Shown: positions 44,287-53,189 of the stretch, piece by piece
Numbering within the stretch: the stretch's first letter is position 1
Layout of the letters: every line of letters begins with the position of its first letter
Assembly (NCBI GenBank): GCA_963701165.1
Contig: OY969571.1
Span: 1,102,599-1,166,598, forward strand
DNA length: 64,000 nucleotides
Origin: an uncultured Actinomycetes bacterium
Lineage (GTDB): Bacteria; Actinomycetota; Thermoleophilia; Solirubrobacterales; 70-9
Direction of reading: 5' to 3'
Translations under genes and position numbers: made by a program
Notes under the pieces: generated by a model
Told to the model about the DNA's origin: nothing
What the model saw: only the letters and a program-made list of their open reading frames with translations
Database searches by the model: none

Positions 44287-45360
44287 TCAGGCCGCAGCGC
44301 CGACCCAGCGCTCGACGTTCTGCTCGTACATCTCGCGCAGAATCTCCTCGATCCCGTAGCGCAGGTCCCAGTCGGGGTAGTCGGCCTTGAAGGGCTCGAG
44401 GTCGGAGATCCACCAGCGGTGGTCGCCGATCCGCGGCTCCTCGCCCATCTCCCGCTGCAGCTCGCGGCCGGCGATCCGCTCGCAGGCGTCGATCGCCTCC
44501 AGCATCGAGCAGTTGGAGAAGCGGCCGCCACCGATGTTGTAGACGGCGGCCGGGCGCGGCGCCTTGCGGTAGGCGTCGAAGGCGGCGATCAGGTCGGCGG
44601 AGTGGATGTTGTCGCGGACCTGCTTGCCCTCGTAGCCGAAGACGGTGTAGGGCGTACCGGTGGCGGTGCACTTCATTAGGTAGGCGAGGAAGCCGTGCAG
44701 CTTGGCGCCGGCGTGCTGGGCGCCGGTCAGGCAGCCACCGCGGAAGGCGACGGTGGGCATATCGAAATAGCGGCCGTACTCCTGGACGAGGAGGTCGGCG
44801 GCGCACTTGGAGACGCCGAACAGCGAGTGGGTCGAGGAGTCGATCGACATGCTGGTGTCGATCCCCTTGAAGTACTCGTGGTCCTCGGGCAACTCCAGCC
44901 GCTTCTCCAGATCCTGCAGCGGCAACCGGTTCGGCCTGTCGCCGTAGACCTTGTTGGTCGAGCAGAAGACGAAGGGCGCGCCGGGGCAGTGGGCGCGGGC
45001 GGCCTCGAGCAGGTTGAGGGTGCCGTTGGCGTTGACGCCGAAGTCGGTCTGCGGCTCGCTCGCGGCCCAGTCGTGGGAGGGCTGGGCGGCGGTGTGGACC
45101 ACCAGCTCGACCGCGCCGGCCTCGCGGAAGATGCGGTCGACCGCGTCGGCGTCGCGGATGTCGGCGTTCTCCCAGCGGAAGGCCGAGGGATAGGCCTCGA
45201 CCAGGCGCGTGGTGACGTGCGAGGTCGAGGACTCGGGACCGAAGAACCGCGCCCGCATGTCGTTCTCGATCCCTACGACGTCGAAGCCCTCGGAGACGAA
45301 GTGGTCGACGGCCTCGGAGCCGATCAATCCTCCCGAGCCCGTGATGATCGCTACCGGCAT
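44287..45360 (-). CDS. Extended-SDR NAD-dependent sugar epimerase (CDP-paratose 2-epimerase-like)
   Basis: [36 protein letters not shown] and [13 protein letters not shown]. Confidence 0.75.
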   Translation of the reverse strand: MPVAIITGSGGLIGSEAVDHFVSEGFDVVGIENDMRARFFGPESSTSHVTTRLVEAYPSAFRWENADIRDADAVDRIFREAGAVELVVHTAAQPSHDWAASEPQTDFGVNANGTLNLLEAARAHCPGAPFVFCSTNKVYGDRPNRLPLQDLEKRLELPEDHEYFKGIDTSMSIDSSTHSLFGVSKCAADLLVQEYGRYFDMPTVAFRGGCLTGAQHAGAKLHGFLAYLMKCTATGTPYTVFGYEGKQVRDNIHSADLIAAFDAYRKAPRPAAVYNIGGGRFSNCSMLEAIDACERIAGRELQREMGEEPRIGDHRWWISDLEPFKADYPDWDLRYGIEEILREMYEQNVERWVGAAA

Positions 45361-45367
45361 CGTCTCG

Positions 45368-46459
45368 TTACTCCCTTCCCCCCGCGGGGGTCTCGATGTT
45401 CAGCGCCTGGGCGATCCGCTCCTCGTCGGCGGCGATCCACTCGTGGATGTCGGCCAGCACCTGCTCGGCGCTGCGCCGCGGCCGCCACTCGTCCAGGCCG
45501 AAAAGCCTCGTGCAGTCGGAGAGGTATATCGGCACGTCCCCCTGGCGCGTCTCCTGCACCGGCGTCATCGGCACCTCATTGCCGGTCAGCTCCTGACAGA
45601 TCGCGGTCGTCTCACGCAGCGAGAGGCTGCACTCCCGGCCGCCGCCGACGTTCACCGTGCGGCCGTCCCAGGCGCCGGGATCGAGCAGCTGGCGCTCGAC
45701 CAAGTCGACCAGGTCCTCGACGTGGAGGAGGTCCCGTACCTGCTTGCCATGCCCCCCGAAACCGATGTAGCTGAGCGGGTTGCGGAAGTGATGGGCGAGC
45801 ATCCAGTGGGTGAATACCCCCTGATCGACCTTTCCCATCTGCCAGGGGCCGGCGATCACCCCGCAGCGGTCGATCACCGCCGGCACCCCGAGCCCCTCGC
45901 GGTACTCCTCGATCAGCATCTCGGCGGCCAGCTTGGTGGCGCCATAGAGGGTGCGGGCGCCCTCCAGCGGGAAGTCCTCGGCGATCCCCCGCGGCGAGAC
46001 CCCGCGCACCGCCTGCTCGGCGGCGATCTCGAAACGAGTCTCGGCCTCGTCCAGCGCCAGCTCCACCTGCGGCGCCACCGGGTAGACGCGGCTGGTCGAG
46101 AGGAAGACGAGGAAGGCGCCGTCGCGGCGTGCCAGCTCGAGGCAGTTGTAGGCGCCGGTCAGGTTGGTGTGGACGAGGTAACCGGTGTCGCCGTTGACCC
46201 CGCTCATCACCGAGGGCTCGGCCGAGCACTCGATCAGCGCCTTCAGCTCTCCCACCGCGGCGAGGTCACCGGGCTCGCGCACGTCTCCCTGGACGAACTC
46301 GACCCCCGCCTCCTCCAGCCGCGGCAGGTTCAGCTGCGACCCCTGGCGGTAGAGGTTGTCGAAGGCGACGAGCTCCCAGTCTGGGTGCCGGGCGGCCAGC
46401 GAGACGGCGAGGTTGGAGCCGACGAAGCCAGCGCCGCCGGTAATCAGGACCCGGCTCAT
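45368..46459 (-). CDS. Extended-SDR NAD-dependent sugar epimerase/dehydratase
   Basis: The ATG at 46459 overlaps the upstream stop. [31 protein letters not shown] and [13 protein letters not shown]. Confidence 0.75.
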   Translation of the reverse strand: MSRVLITGGAGFVGSNLAVSLAARHPDWELVAFDNLYRQGSQLNLPRLEEAGVEFVQGDVREPGDLAAVGELKALIECSAEPSVMSGVNGDTGYLVHTNLTGAYNCLELARRDGAFLVFLSTSRVYPVAPQVELALDEAETRFEIAAEQAVRGVSPRGIAEDFPLEGARTLYGATKLAAEMLIEEYREGLGVPAVIDRCGVIAGPWQMGKVDQGVFTHWMLAHHFRNPLSYIGFGGHGKQVRDLLHVEDLVDLVERQLLDPGAWDGRTVNVGGGRECSLSLRETTAICQELTGNEVPMTPVQETRQGDVPIYLSDCTRLFGLDEWRPRRSAEQVLADIHEWIAADEERIAQALNIETPAGGRE

Positions 46460-47196
46460 CCGCGGGTCGAGCTCCGGCTCCCGAACCGCATCTGCGGTAC
46501 ACGGTAGGCAGCCTCGGCGACGATCGAGCGGCTCATCTTCGAGGCGCCGGCGCGGCGCTCGTGGAAGCGGATCGGCACCTCGGCGACGCTGAACCCCAGC
46601 TGCACCGCGCGGTAGGTCATCTCGACCTGGAAGGCGTAGCCACGGGAGGAGATCTCCTCCAGGTCGATCGCCTCCAGCACCTCGCGGCGGAAGCACTTGA
46701 AGCCGCCGGTGAGGTCGCGGATCGGCAGCCCCAGCACCACACGGGCGTAGGCGCTGCCGCCGCGGCTGATCGCCTGGCGCAGCTTGCTCCAGTTCTCGAC
46801 CCCGCCGCCGGGGACGTAGCGGGAGCCGATCGCGAGGTCGGCCCCCTCGGTCGCAGCGAGCAGGCGGGGGAGGTCGGCGGGGTCGTGGGAGAAATCGGAG
46901 TCCATCTCCAGGATCCGGCCAGCGCCGGCATCGAGCGCCTGTTGGAACCCCCCCACGTAGGCGGGGCCGAGCCCTTCCTTGTGCGGGCGATGCAGGACCT
47001 CGATCCGGGTCTCGGCGGCTTTGAGGCCGTCCGCAAGCTTTCCGGTTCCGTCCGGCGAGTTGTCGTCGACGACCAGGACCCGAGCCGAAGCGGGCAGGTT
47101 CGAAAGCGCCGCGGTGACCAGCGGCTCGAGGTTTTCGGCCTCGTTGTAGGTGGGCAGCACCAGCCAGGCAGGTCCCGCCCCTCGACTCTCAGGCAT
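46456..47196 (-). CDS. Polyprenol monophosphomannose synthase-like GT2 (Ppm1/DPM1-type)
   Basis: WLVLPTYNEAENLEPL...VVDDNSPDGTG...MDSDFSHDP...GSRYVPGG. Confidence 0.8.
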   Translation of the reverse strand: MPESRGAGPAWLVLPTYNEAENLEPLVTAALSNLPASARVLVVDDNSPDGTGKLADGLKAAETRIEVLHRPHKEGLGPAYVGGFQQALDAGAGRILEMDSDFSHDPADLPRLLAATEGADLAIGSRYVPGGGVENWSKLRQAISRGGSAYARVVLGLPIRDLTGGFKCFRREVLEAIDLEEISSRGYAFQVEMTYRAVQLGFSVAEVPIRFHERRAGASKMSRSIVAEAAYRVPQMRFGSRSSTRG

Positions 47197-47207
47197 AACC
47201 GGATGCT

Positions 47208-47729
47208 ATGCCTAAGATCCGCCGGTTGGAGTTCCTCCCCGCACCCGACCGGCTCGAAGCGCCCGAGGACGAGGTGCAGGTCTGGCGCGTGAACCTCGAC
47301 ACAGTCGCTTCGCGGCGGGCGCTGCGCGAGATCCTCAGCCGCTACCTGGGCCCGCCGGCGAGCGAGCTGCGGTTCGAGACGGGCCGGTATGGCAAGCCGC
47401 GCCTGGCGAGCCCCTCAGGCGAGCTGGCCTTCAACCTCAGCCACTCCGGCTCCCTCGCCCTGGTCGCGGTTGCCCGTCGCGAGGTCGGCGTCGACGTCGA
47501 GCGGATCCGGACCAAACGGCCGGTCGACTTCTACCGCCGCTGGGCGGACCGCGAGGCGCGGGTCAAGTGCCTCGGCACGGGCCTCACGGGTCCCGTCCCC
47601 GCGGATGCCATTGAGCCGGCCATCCACCGCCTGGACGTCGGAGCCGGCTACGCGGCTTCGGTCGCCGTCCTCGGACCGGCGAAGCTGCGCGGCTGGACGT
47701 TTGGCCCACACCGCTCCGATAAGTCGTGA
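47208..47729 (+). CDS. Sfp-type 4'-phosphopantetheinyl transferase
   Basis: FNLSHSGSLALVAV, GVDVERI and WADREARVKCLGTG. Confidence 0.75.
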   Translation: MPKIRRLEFLPAPDRLEAPEDEVQVWRVNLDTVASRRALREILSRYLGPPASELRFETGRYGKPRLASPSGELAFNLSHSGSLALVAVARREVGVDVERIRTKRPVDFYRRWADREARVKCLGTGLTGPVPADAIEPAIHRLDVGAGYAASVAVLGPAKLRGWTFGPHRSDKS

Positions 47730-47744
47730 TCGGCGTTAGCTAAC

Positions 47745-49262
47745 TTGATGACCTTGAGTCGGCGGGCTGGAATATTCGTGCTTGCCCTGGGATTGCTGAT
47801 CGCGCTTGCGGGCGGCAGTGCCCAGGCGGCAAGCCTGCAGACGGTCGGGACCGGCTTCGACGAACCGATCTTCGTCACCTCCGCCCCGGACAACCCGGAC
47901 CGGCTGTTCGTCGTCGAGCGCAAGGGCAGGGTGATCGAAGTCCTCCCCGGCGCCCGCTCGGTCTTCGCCGACCTGCGGCCGGCGGCCGGCTGCGAAGGCG
48001 ACTGCAGCGGCGAGCGGGGGCTGCTCTCAATCGCGCTCGCACCCGACTTCGCCACCAGCGGCCGCTTCTTCGTCTTTTACGGCGAAGACCAGGGAGAAGG
48101 AGACATCCACGTCGCCGAAATGCAGGCGAACGGCAGCTTCGCCCCGATCGGCACCCTCCGCAACCTGCTGACGATCCCCCACCCCACCAGAAGCAACCAC
48201 TACGGCGGACAACTCCAGTTCGGCCCCGAAGGCAACCTCTTCATCTCCACCGGCGACGGTGGCGGCAGCAACGATCCAGATCACAACGCCCAGGACCTGA
48301 CCAGCCTCCTGGGCAAGATCCTCCGCATCGACCCCGATCCCAGCGGCCTCCTCCAATACACCGTGCCCGCCGGCAACCCGTTCGGCGACGAGATCTGGTC
48401 CTACGGGCTGCGCAACCCCTTCCGCTTCTCCTTCGACCGGGGCGGCAGCGGCCTCTGGATCGGCGACGTCGGTCAGGGGCAACGCGAGGAGGTCGACTGG
48501 GGACCGGCTCCGGGCCTCGGTGGCGGCTTCAACTTCGGCTGGAGCTGCTTCGAGGGCACGGCCCTGGGGGCGGCACCCGACCCGGCGTGCGCCGGGCAAC
48601 CCGCCGAGGCTTTCGTCGCACCGATCTTCGACTACCCGCACATCCCACCCGAAGGCGGCTGCCCCAACGGCTTCGCGATCATCGGCGGCTATGTCTCCCG
48701 CGATCCCGGCATCAGTGGACTCTTCGGCCGCTACCTCTACGGCGACCTCTGCGATGGCAGGATCCGCTCCTTCGCTATCGGTCCAGGCCAGGCATACGCC
48801 AGCGATCGCCCCGAGGGCATGCAGGCCTTCGGGCTCAACTCCTTCGGCGAGGACTCCTGCGGCCGCCTCTACGCGGTCTCCGGCGCCGGCGCGGTCTATC
48901 GGATCGTTGGCGGCGAACCGACGAACTGCACGGGCGCGGCGCCCACGCCCGTACCGGTGCTCAACCCCTCCTTCGTCGGCATCAAGCCCCTCTCGCGCCG
49001 GGTGCTGCGCAACCGCCGCGCCCTGATCACCGCCTGGGTCTCGCCCTGCAAAGGCCGCGTCGGCGATCCGGTCACCCTTTGGCGCGGCCGCCAACGCCTC
49101 GGCACCAGGCACTTCGACCGCGTCTGCACGGCCCGCTTCCGTCCCAAGATCAGCCGCCGCCTCAACTTCCGGGCGACGGTCAAAGCCGACGACACCTACG
49201 TCGCGGCGATCTCCCGCAAGCTGACGCTGAAGCCGAAGAAGCGCCCCCGGCGCCACCGCTGA
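47745..49262 (+). CDS. Secreted PQQ-dependent sugar (glucose/sorbosone) dehydrogenase-like beta-propeller with a basic C-terminal extension
   Basis: Signal peptide ...LIALAGGSAQA. ERGLLSIALAPDF, HYGGQLQFGPEGNLFISTGDGG and GLRNPFRFSFD are present. Confidence 0.75.
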   Translation: MMTLSRRAGIFVLALGLLIALAGGSAQAASLQTVGTGFDEPIFVTSAPDNPDRLFVVERKGRVIEVLPGARSVFADLRPAAGCEGDCSGERGLLSIALAPDFATSGRFFVFYGEDQGEGDIHVAEMQANGSFAPIGTLRNLLTIPHPTRSNHYGGQLQFGPEGNLFISTGDGGGSNDPDHNAQDLTSLLGKILRIDPDPSGLLQYTVPAGNPFGDEIWSYGLRNPFRFSFDRGGSGLWIGDVGQGQREEVDWGPAPGLGGGFNFGWSCFEGTALGAAPDPACAGQPAEAFVAPIFDYPHIPPEGGCPNGFAIIGGYVSRDPGISGLFGRYLYGDLCDGRIRSFAIGPGQAYASDRPEGMQAFGLNSFGEDSCGRLYAVSGAGAVYRIVGGEPTNCTGAAPTPVPVLNPSFVGIKPLSRRVLRNRRALITAWVSPCKGRVGDPVTLWRGRQRLGTRHFDRVCTARFRPKISRRLNFRATVKADDTYVAAISRKLTLKPKKRPRRHR

Positions 49263-49311
49263 GCGGGCGGTGAACCGCAACGCTCCGCGCTCCGTAGGCT
49301 GACAAACGCCT

Positions 49312-51930
49312 TTGACGTCCACCCGGCAAAACGAGATCGCGAATTTCGAGATCGGCCCAGGCGAGCTCGCCTTCGACGCGAGGATCGGCGAGATCGAGAA
49401 GCGGGTCTGGTTCCGCTCCGAGACCGCCGTCACGCCCTACCCCGAGGCCGCCCTCGTCACCTGCCTGCTGCCGGCGATGGGCCGCGGCGGGACGCTGAGG
49501 ATGAGTGAGCCGATCAGCCCCCGGGTCCTGCGCACCCAGCGCGAGTACCAGGCGGTCCAGCGGGCCTGGTCGCTTTCCTGGCCCTTCGGCGACCCACCGC
49601 TGGAGGAGGTCGAGGTGGTCGCCCCGGTTCGCCCGGCAGAGGTCCGGCAGCCGGTGGGGCGGGTCGCTGCCTTCTTCAGCGGCGGCGTCGACTCCTGGTC
49701 GACCGTGCTCGAGAACCCCGACATCACCGACCTGATCTTCATCCGCGGGTTCGACATCCTGCCCCGCCTCGCCCACCAGGAGGGGCTCGCGGACCGGGTC
49801 GAGGCGCGGCTGCGGGCCGCGGCAGACGAGCTCGGGCTCCATCTGCACACGGTGGAGACCAACCTCCGCGAGCTCTCCGAAGCGACCGGGCCCGAGCAGC
49901 CGCTCTCCCGCTGGGAGTCCTACTACGGCTGCGCGGTCACCGCGGTCGCCCACTTCCTCGGCCCGCTCTTCGACCGGGTGCTGATCGCCGGCGACTCCGA
50001 CTACGAGGTGATGGACACGCGCGGGGCGGCCTGGATGGTCGACCAGTTGTGGAGCAACGAGAACTTGGAGATCGTCGACGACGGCGGCCGCTTCAGCCGG
50101 GCCGAGCGGACGGTGCGGATCGCCTCTCACCCGATCGTGCGGAAGAGCCTGCGGGTCTGCTGGGAGAACCCGGACGGCGCCTACAACTGCGGGCGCTGTC
50201 GCAAGTGCCTGATGACGATGGCGACCCTGGAGACCGCGGACGCGCTGGGGCAGGTCGAGACCTTCCCCGACGAGATCGACCTCGACGCGGTGGCCGAGCT
50301 GACGCTGCCGGTGACGGTCCTGCTGACGCTGTGGGAAGACATCCTCGACGCCGCGCGCCGGGCCGGTAAGCCCGAGCTCGAGCGCGCCGTCGCCACGGCG
50401 GTCTCCCGCAGCCGACAGCTGCTCGAGTTGCCGCCGGGATACCGGCGCCGGAACCTGCCGGGGCCAGCGCCGACGGGCGGAGACGAGACCGCCGCCGACG
50501 GCACACTGCTGGCCACGCCGGAGACCGCTGCCCTCCTCACCGCAGGCGCGCCGCTCGCGCTCCTGGTCGGCAGCTACGACGGCTCCGGCAACTACGGCGA
50601 CATCGCCCAGCTCGACGGGGCTCTCGGCCTGCTCGAGCGCCTCGATTCCGACCTCCTCGTCCTGCCCGTGGTCGAGCGGCGGTTCGCGGGAACCCATAAG
50701 ACGATGGCGACGGAGTTGGTCCACCACCCCCGGCACGTCCTCTATTTCTACGGCGGCAGCGGTCCCCGAGACGAGGGACTCGTGCCCGTCGAGCCACCGC
50801 AGGGGGTCCCGCTGGCGATCTCCTACCTCTACGGAGGCGGCTTCCTCAACCCCTCCTGGGGCAGGCGCAAGCTGGCGATGCTGAGCGCCGTCGAGGACTT
50901 CGTCGCCGACGCCGGCAGGGTGGTCCGGCTCGCCTCCGGGCAGCAGGTGGACGCGGGCTGGATTGCCGGCCTCGACCCCGCCGAGGCCGAGCTGCTGCGC
51001 CGGTTCGAGCTCTGGGGCGCACGCGACGACGCCTCCGCCGAGACCCTGGCCGAGTTGGGGGCAAGCGGGCCCGCGTTCAACGGCGGCGACGACTCGGTCG
51101 GCATCCTGACGGCAATCGGAGCCGGATCCGGGCCCGAGCAGTCCGGCTCCCCGCTCGTCGTCAACGTCCACTTCGCCGAGCACGAGTGGGTCACCGACCA
51201 GCCCGACTCGGTCCGAGAGTTCGACGTCCGGCTCCTGGCCGAGCTCGCCCGTCTCGCCGGCCGGCCGCTGCAGGTGCGACCGCTGCTTGCCTACCTCGAC
51301 CCCAGGATCGACGAGCGTCCCGGCCTCGAGCGCTTCGCCGCAGCCTGCGCCGAGCGCGAGATCGAGCTGATGAGCGAGCCGTGCGTCCTGCGCCCCGCCG
51401 GCGTCGGAGACCTGGCCGGCGAGCTGGGCGACGCGGCGCTCACCGTCAGCTCCTCCTACCACGTCGCCCTCACCTCGCTGCTGATGGCGATCCCGACCGC
51501 GCTCCTCCGCGACAACGACTACTACGCGCAGAAGGCGCAGGGCCTGCTCTCCGACTTCGGCCTGCCACCGGATTTCTCACCCCGCTCCTCCGACGACCCC
51601 GAGGCCGCGGCAGCGGCGATCGCCCCCCACCTCCTCGATCCGGAGCAGCGGAGGCGGACGCGGCACCGGCTCGCGGACGCGGCGAGCCGAGTGCAGCGGC
51701 GGCGGGTCGAGACCGAGGCGAGGCTCTTGGCCCTGATCGCCGGGGGCGCGCTGGCCGCGACCGGGACGGCGGCGGGTCCCGCCCCCACCTCCGCCCCGGA
51801 CGACGGGCGAGCGGCGGCGGCCGAGCGGCGAGCCGCCGAGGCGGAGTCGAGCCTCCGAGAGCTCTACGGCTCCCGCTCCTGGGCACTCACCGCACCGTTG
51901 CGACGCCTGGCCAACTACCGTCGCAGCTGA
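49312..51930 (+). CDS. Uncharacterised QueC-like PP-loop ATPase domain fused to a polysaccharide pyruvyl-transferase (CsaB/WcaK-like) domain, with a coiled-coil SRSW..PLRR tail
   Basis: TTG start. AAFFSGGVDSWST lies at aa 119..131 and CWENPDGAYNCGRCRKC at aa 283..299. From about aa 414 the sequence reads LLVGSYDGSGNYGDIAQ, YLYGGGFLN, WGARDDASAETL and VSSSYHVALTSLLMAIPTALL. The tail is GSRSWALTAPLRRL. Confidence 0.65.
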   Translation: MTSTRQNEIANFEIGPGELAFDARIGEIEKRVWFRSETAVTPYPEAALVTCLLPAMGRGGTLRMSEPISPRVLRTQREYQAVQRAWSLSWPFGDPPLEEVEVVAPVRPAEVRQPVGRVAAFFSGGVDSWSTVLENPDITDLIFIRGFDILPRLAHQEGLADRVEARLRAAADELGLHLHTVETNLRELSEATGPEQPLSRWESYYGCAVTAVAHFLGPLFDRVLIAGDSDYEVMDTRGAAWMVDQLWSNENLEIVDDGGRFSRAERTVRIASHPIVRKSLRVCWENPDGAYNCGRCRKCLMTMATLETADALGQVETFPDEIDLDAVAELTLPVTVLLTLWEDILDAARRAGKPELERAVATAVSRSRQLLELPPGYRRRNLPGPAPTGGDETAADGTLLATPETAALLTAGAPLALLVGSYDGSGNYGDIAQLDGALGLLERLDSDLLVLPVVERRFAGTHKTMATELVHHPRHVLYFYGGSGPRDEGLVPVEPPQGVPLAISYLYGGGFLNPSWGRRKLAMLSAVEDFVADAGRVVRLASGQQVDAGWIAGLDPAEAELLRRFELWGARDDASAETLAELGASGPAFNGGDDSVGILTAIGAGSGPEQSGSPLVVNVHFAEHEWVTDQPDSVREFDVRLLAELARLAGRPLQVRPLLAYLDPRIDERPGLERFAAACAEREIELMSEPCVLRPAGVGDLAGELGDAALTVSSSYHVALTSLLMAIPTALLRDNDYYAQKAQGLLSDFGLPPDFSPRSSDDPEAAAAAIAPHLLDPEQRRRTRHRLADAASRVQRRRVETEARLLALIAGGALAATGTAAGPAPTSAPDDGRAAAAERRAAEAESSLRELYGSRSWALTAPLRRLANYRRS

Positions 51931-51931
51931 C

Positions 51932-53188
51932 GTGCCCAGTGACCCACGACACGAGATCGCGAGCATCTCCTCGGGTCCTGGCGAGCTGACCTTCGAGGCG
52001 CGGCTGCAGGGACGGGAGCCGCAGCGGATCTGGCTGCGCTCCGACACCGAGGTGGAGCCCTACCCGGAAGCCGCCCTGGCGGCGATGCTAATGCCGGCGA
52101 TGCGAACCGGCGGGACGCTGGCCATGAGCGAGCCGATCAGCCCGCGGGTCCTGCGCATGCAGCGCGAGTTCCAGGCGATCCAGCGGGCCTGGTCGCGGGA
52201 GTGGGTGTTCGACGACCCCCCGCTGGAGGAAGTTGAGGTGAGCGCCCCGGTCCGCCCGGTGCAGCGGCGCGACCCGACCGGCCGCGTGGCGGTCTTCTTC
52301 AGCGGCGGCGTCGACTCCTGGTCCACGATCCTCGGCGAGCCGGAGGTGACGGACCTGATCTTCGTCCGCGGCCTCGACATCCTGCCCGGTTTCAGTCACC
52401 AGGAGGGGCTCGCGGACCGGGTCGAAGCGCGCCTCCGGGAGGCGGCAGACGACCTCGGCCTGCGCCTGCACTCCGTCGAGACCAACGCCCGCGACCTCTC
52501 AGAGCCGAACGGTCCGGGCTATCCCGAGATCCGCTGGGAGTCCTATTACAACTCGCTGTTGTCGGCGGTCGCGCTCTTCCTCGGGCCGCTCTTCGACCGG
52601 GTGCTGATCTCGACCGGTCTGGCCTACTTCAACCAGTCGCAGATCGGCGCCAGCTGGATGGTCGACCAGCTCTGGGGCAACGAGAACCTCGAAATCGCCG
52701 ACGCGGGAGGGCTGCTCGGCCGGGTTGCGCGGGTCGAACGGATCGCCGCCCACCCGACCGTGCAGAAGAGCCTGCGGGTCTGCTGGCACAACCCCGACGG
52801 CGCCTACAACTGCGGCCGCTGCCGCAAGTGCCTGGTGACGATGGCGAACCTGGAAGCGCTCGGCCGGCTGGCGGAGTTCGAGACCTTCCCCTCCGAGCTC
52901 GGCCCCGAACATCTCGAGCTACTCGCCGCCCAGGAGGTCCAGGAACCGCTCCACCTCGACCTCTGCGAAGAAGCCCTGGAGGCGATGCGGGAGAGCGGCA
53001 AGCCGGAGCTGGAGCGGGCCTTCGAGCAGCTCGTCGCCAGAGGCAGGCGGACGCTGGGGCGCGACGGCGGCCCCGTCGAGGAGGCAGAGCGCCGCGCCGC
53101 CGAGGCGGAGGCGAAGCTCGACGAGGTTCTGGGTTCACGCTCCTGGAAGGTCACGGCGCCGCTGCGGCGTCGGCGCGGCAGCGCATAA
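51932..53188 (+). CDS. Uncharacterised QueC-like PP-loop ATPase, paralog 2
   Basis: The GTG start is 1 nt after the previous stop. AVFFSGGVDSWST, HQEGLADRVEARLR, CWHNPDGAYNCGRCRKC and the tail GSRSWKVTAPLRRR are present. Confidence 0.65.
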   Translation: MPSDPRHEIASISSGPGELTFEARLQGREPQRIWLRSDTEVEPYPEAALAAMLMPAMRTGGTLAMSEPISPRVLRMQREFQAIQRAWSREWVFDDPPLEEVEVSAPVRPVQRRDPTGRVAVFFSGGVDSWSTILGEPEVTDLIFVRGLDILPGFSHQEGLADRVEARLREAADDLGLRLHSVETNARDLSEPNGPGYPEIRWESYYNSLLSAVALFLGPLFDRVLISTGLAYFNQSQIGASWMVDQLWGNENLEIADAGGLLGRVARVERIAAHPTVQKSLRVCWHNPDGAYNCGRCRKCLVTMANLEALGRLAEFETFPSELGPEHLELLAAQEVQEPLHLDLCEEALEAMRESGKPELERAFEQLVARGRRTLGRDGGPVEEAERRAAEAEAKLDEVLGSRSWKVTAPLRRRRGSA

Positions 53189-53189
53189 A

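Noticed and set aside
49180-51462. 760-aa minus-strand ORF opposite the first PP-loop gene
   Set aside because: It has no motifs and a GC-frame-artefact composition. The plus strand has three mutually supporting paralogs with conserved motifs.
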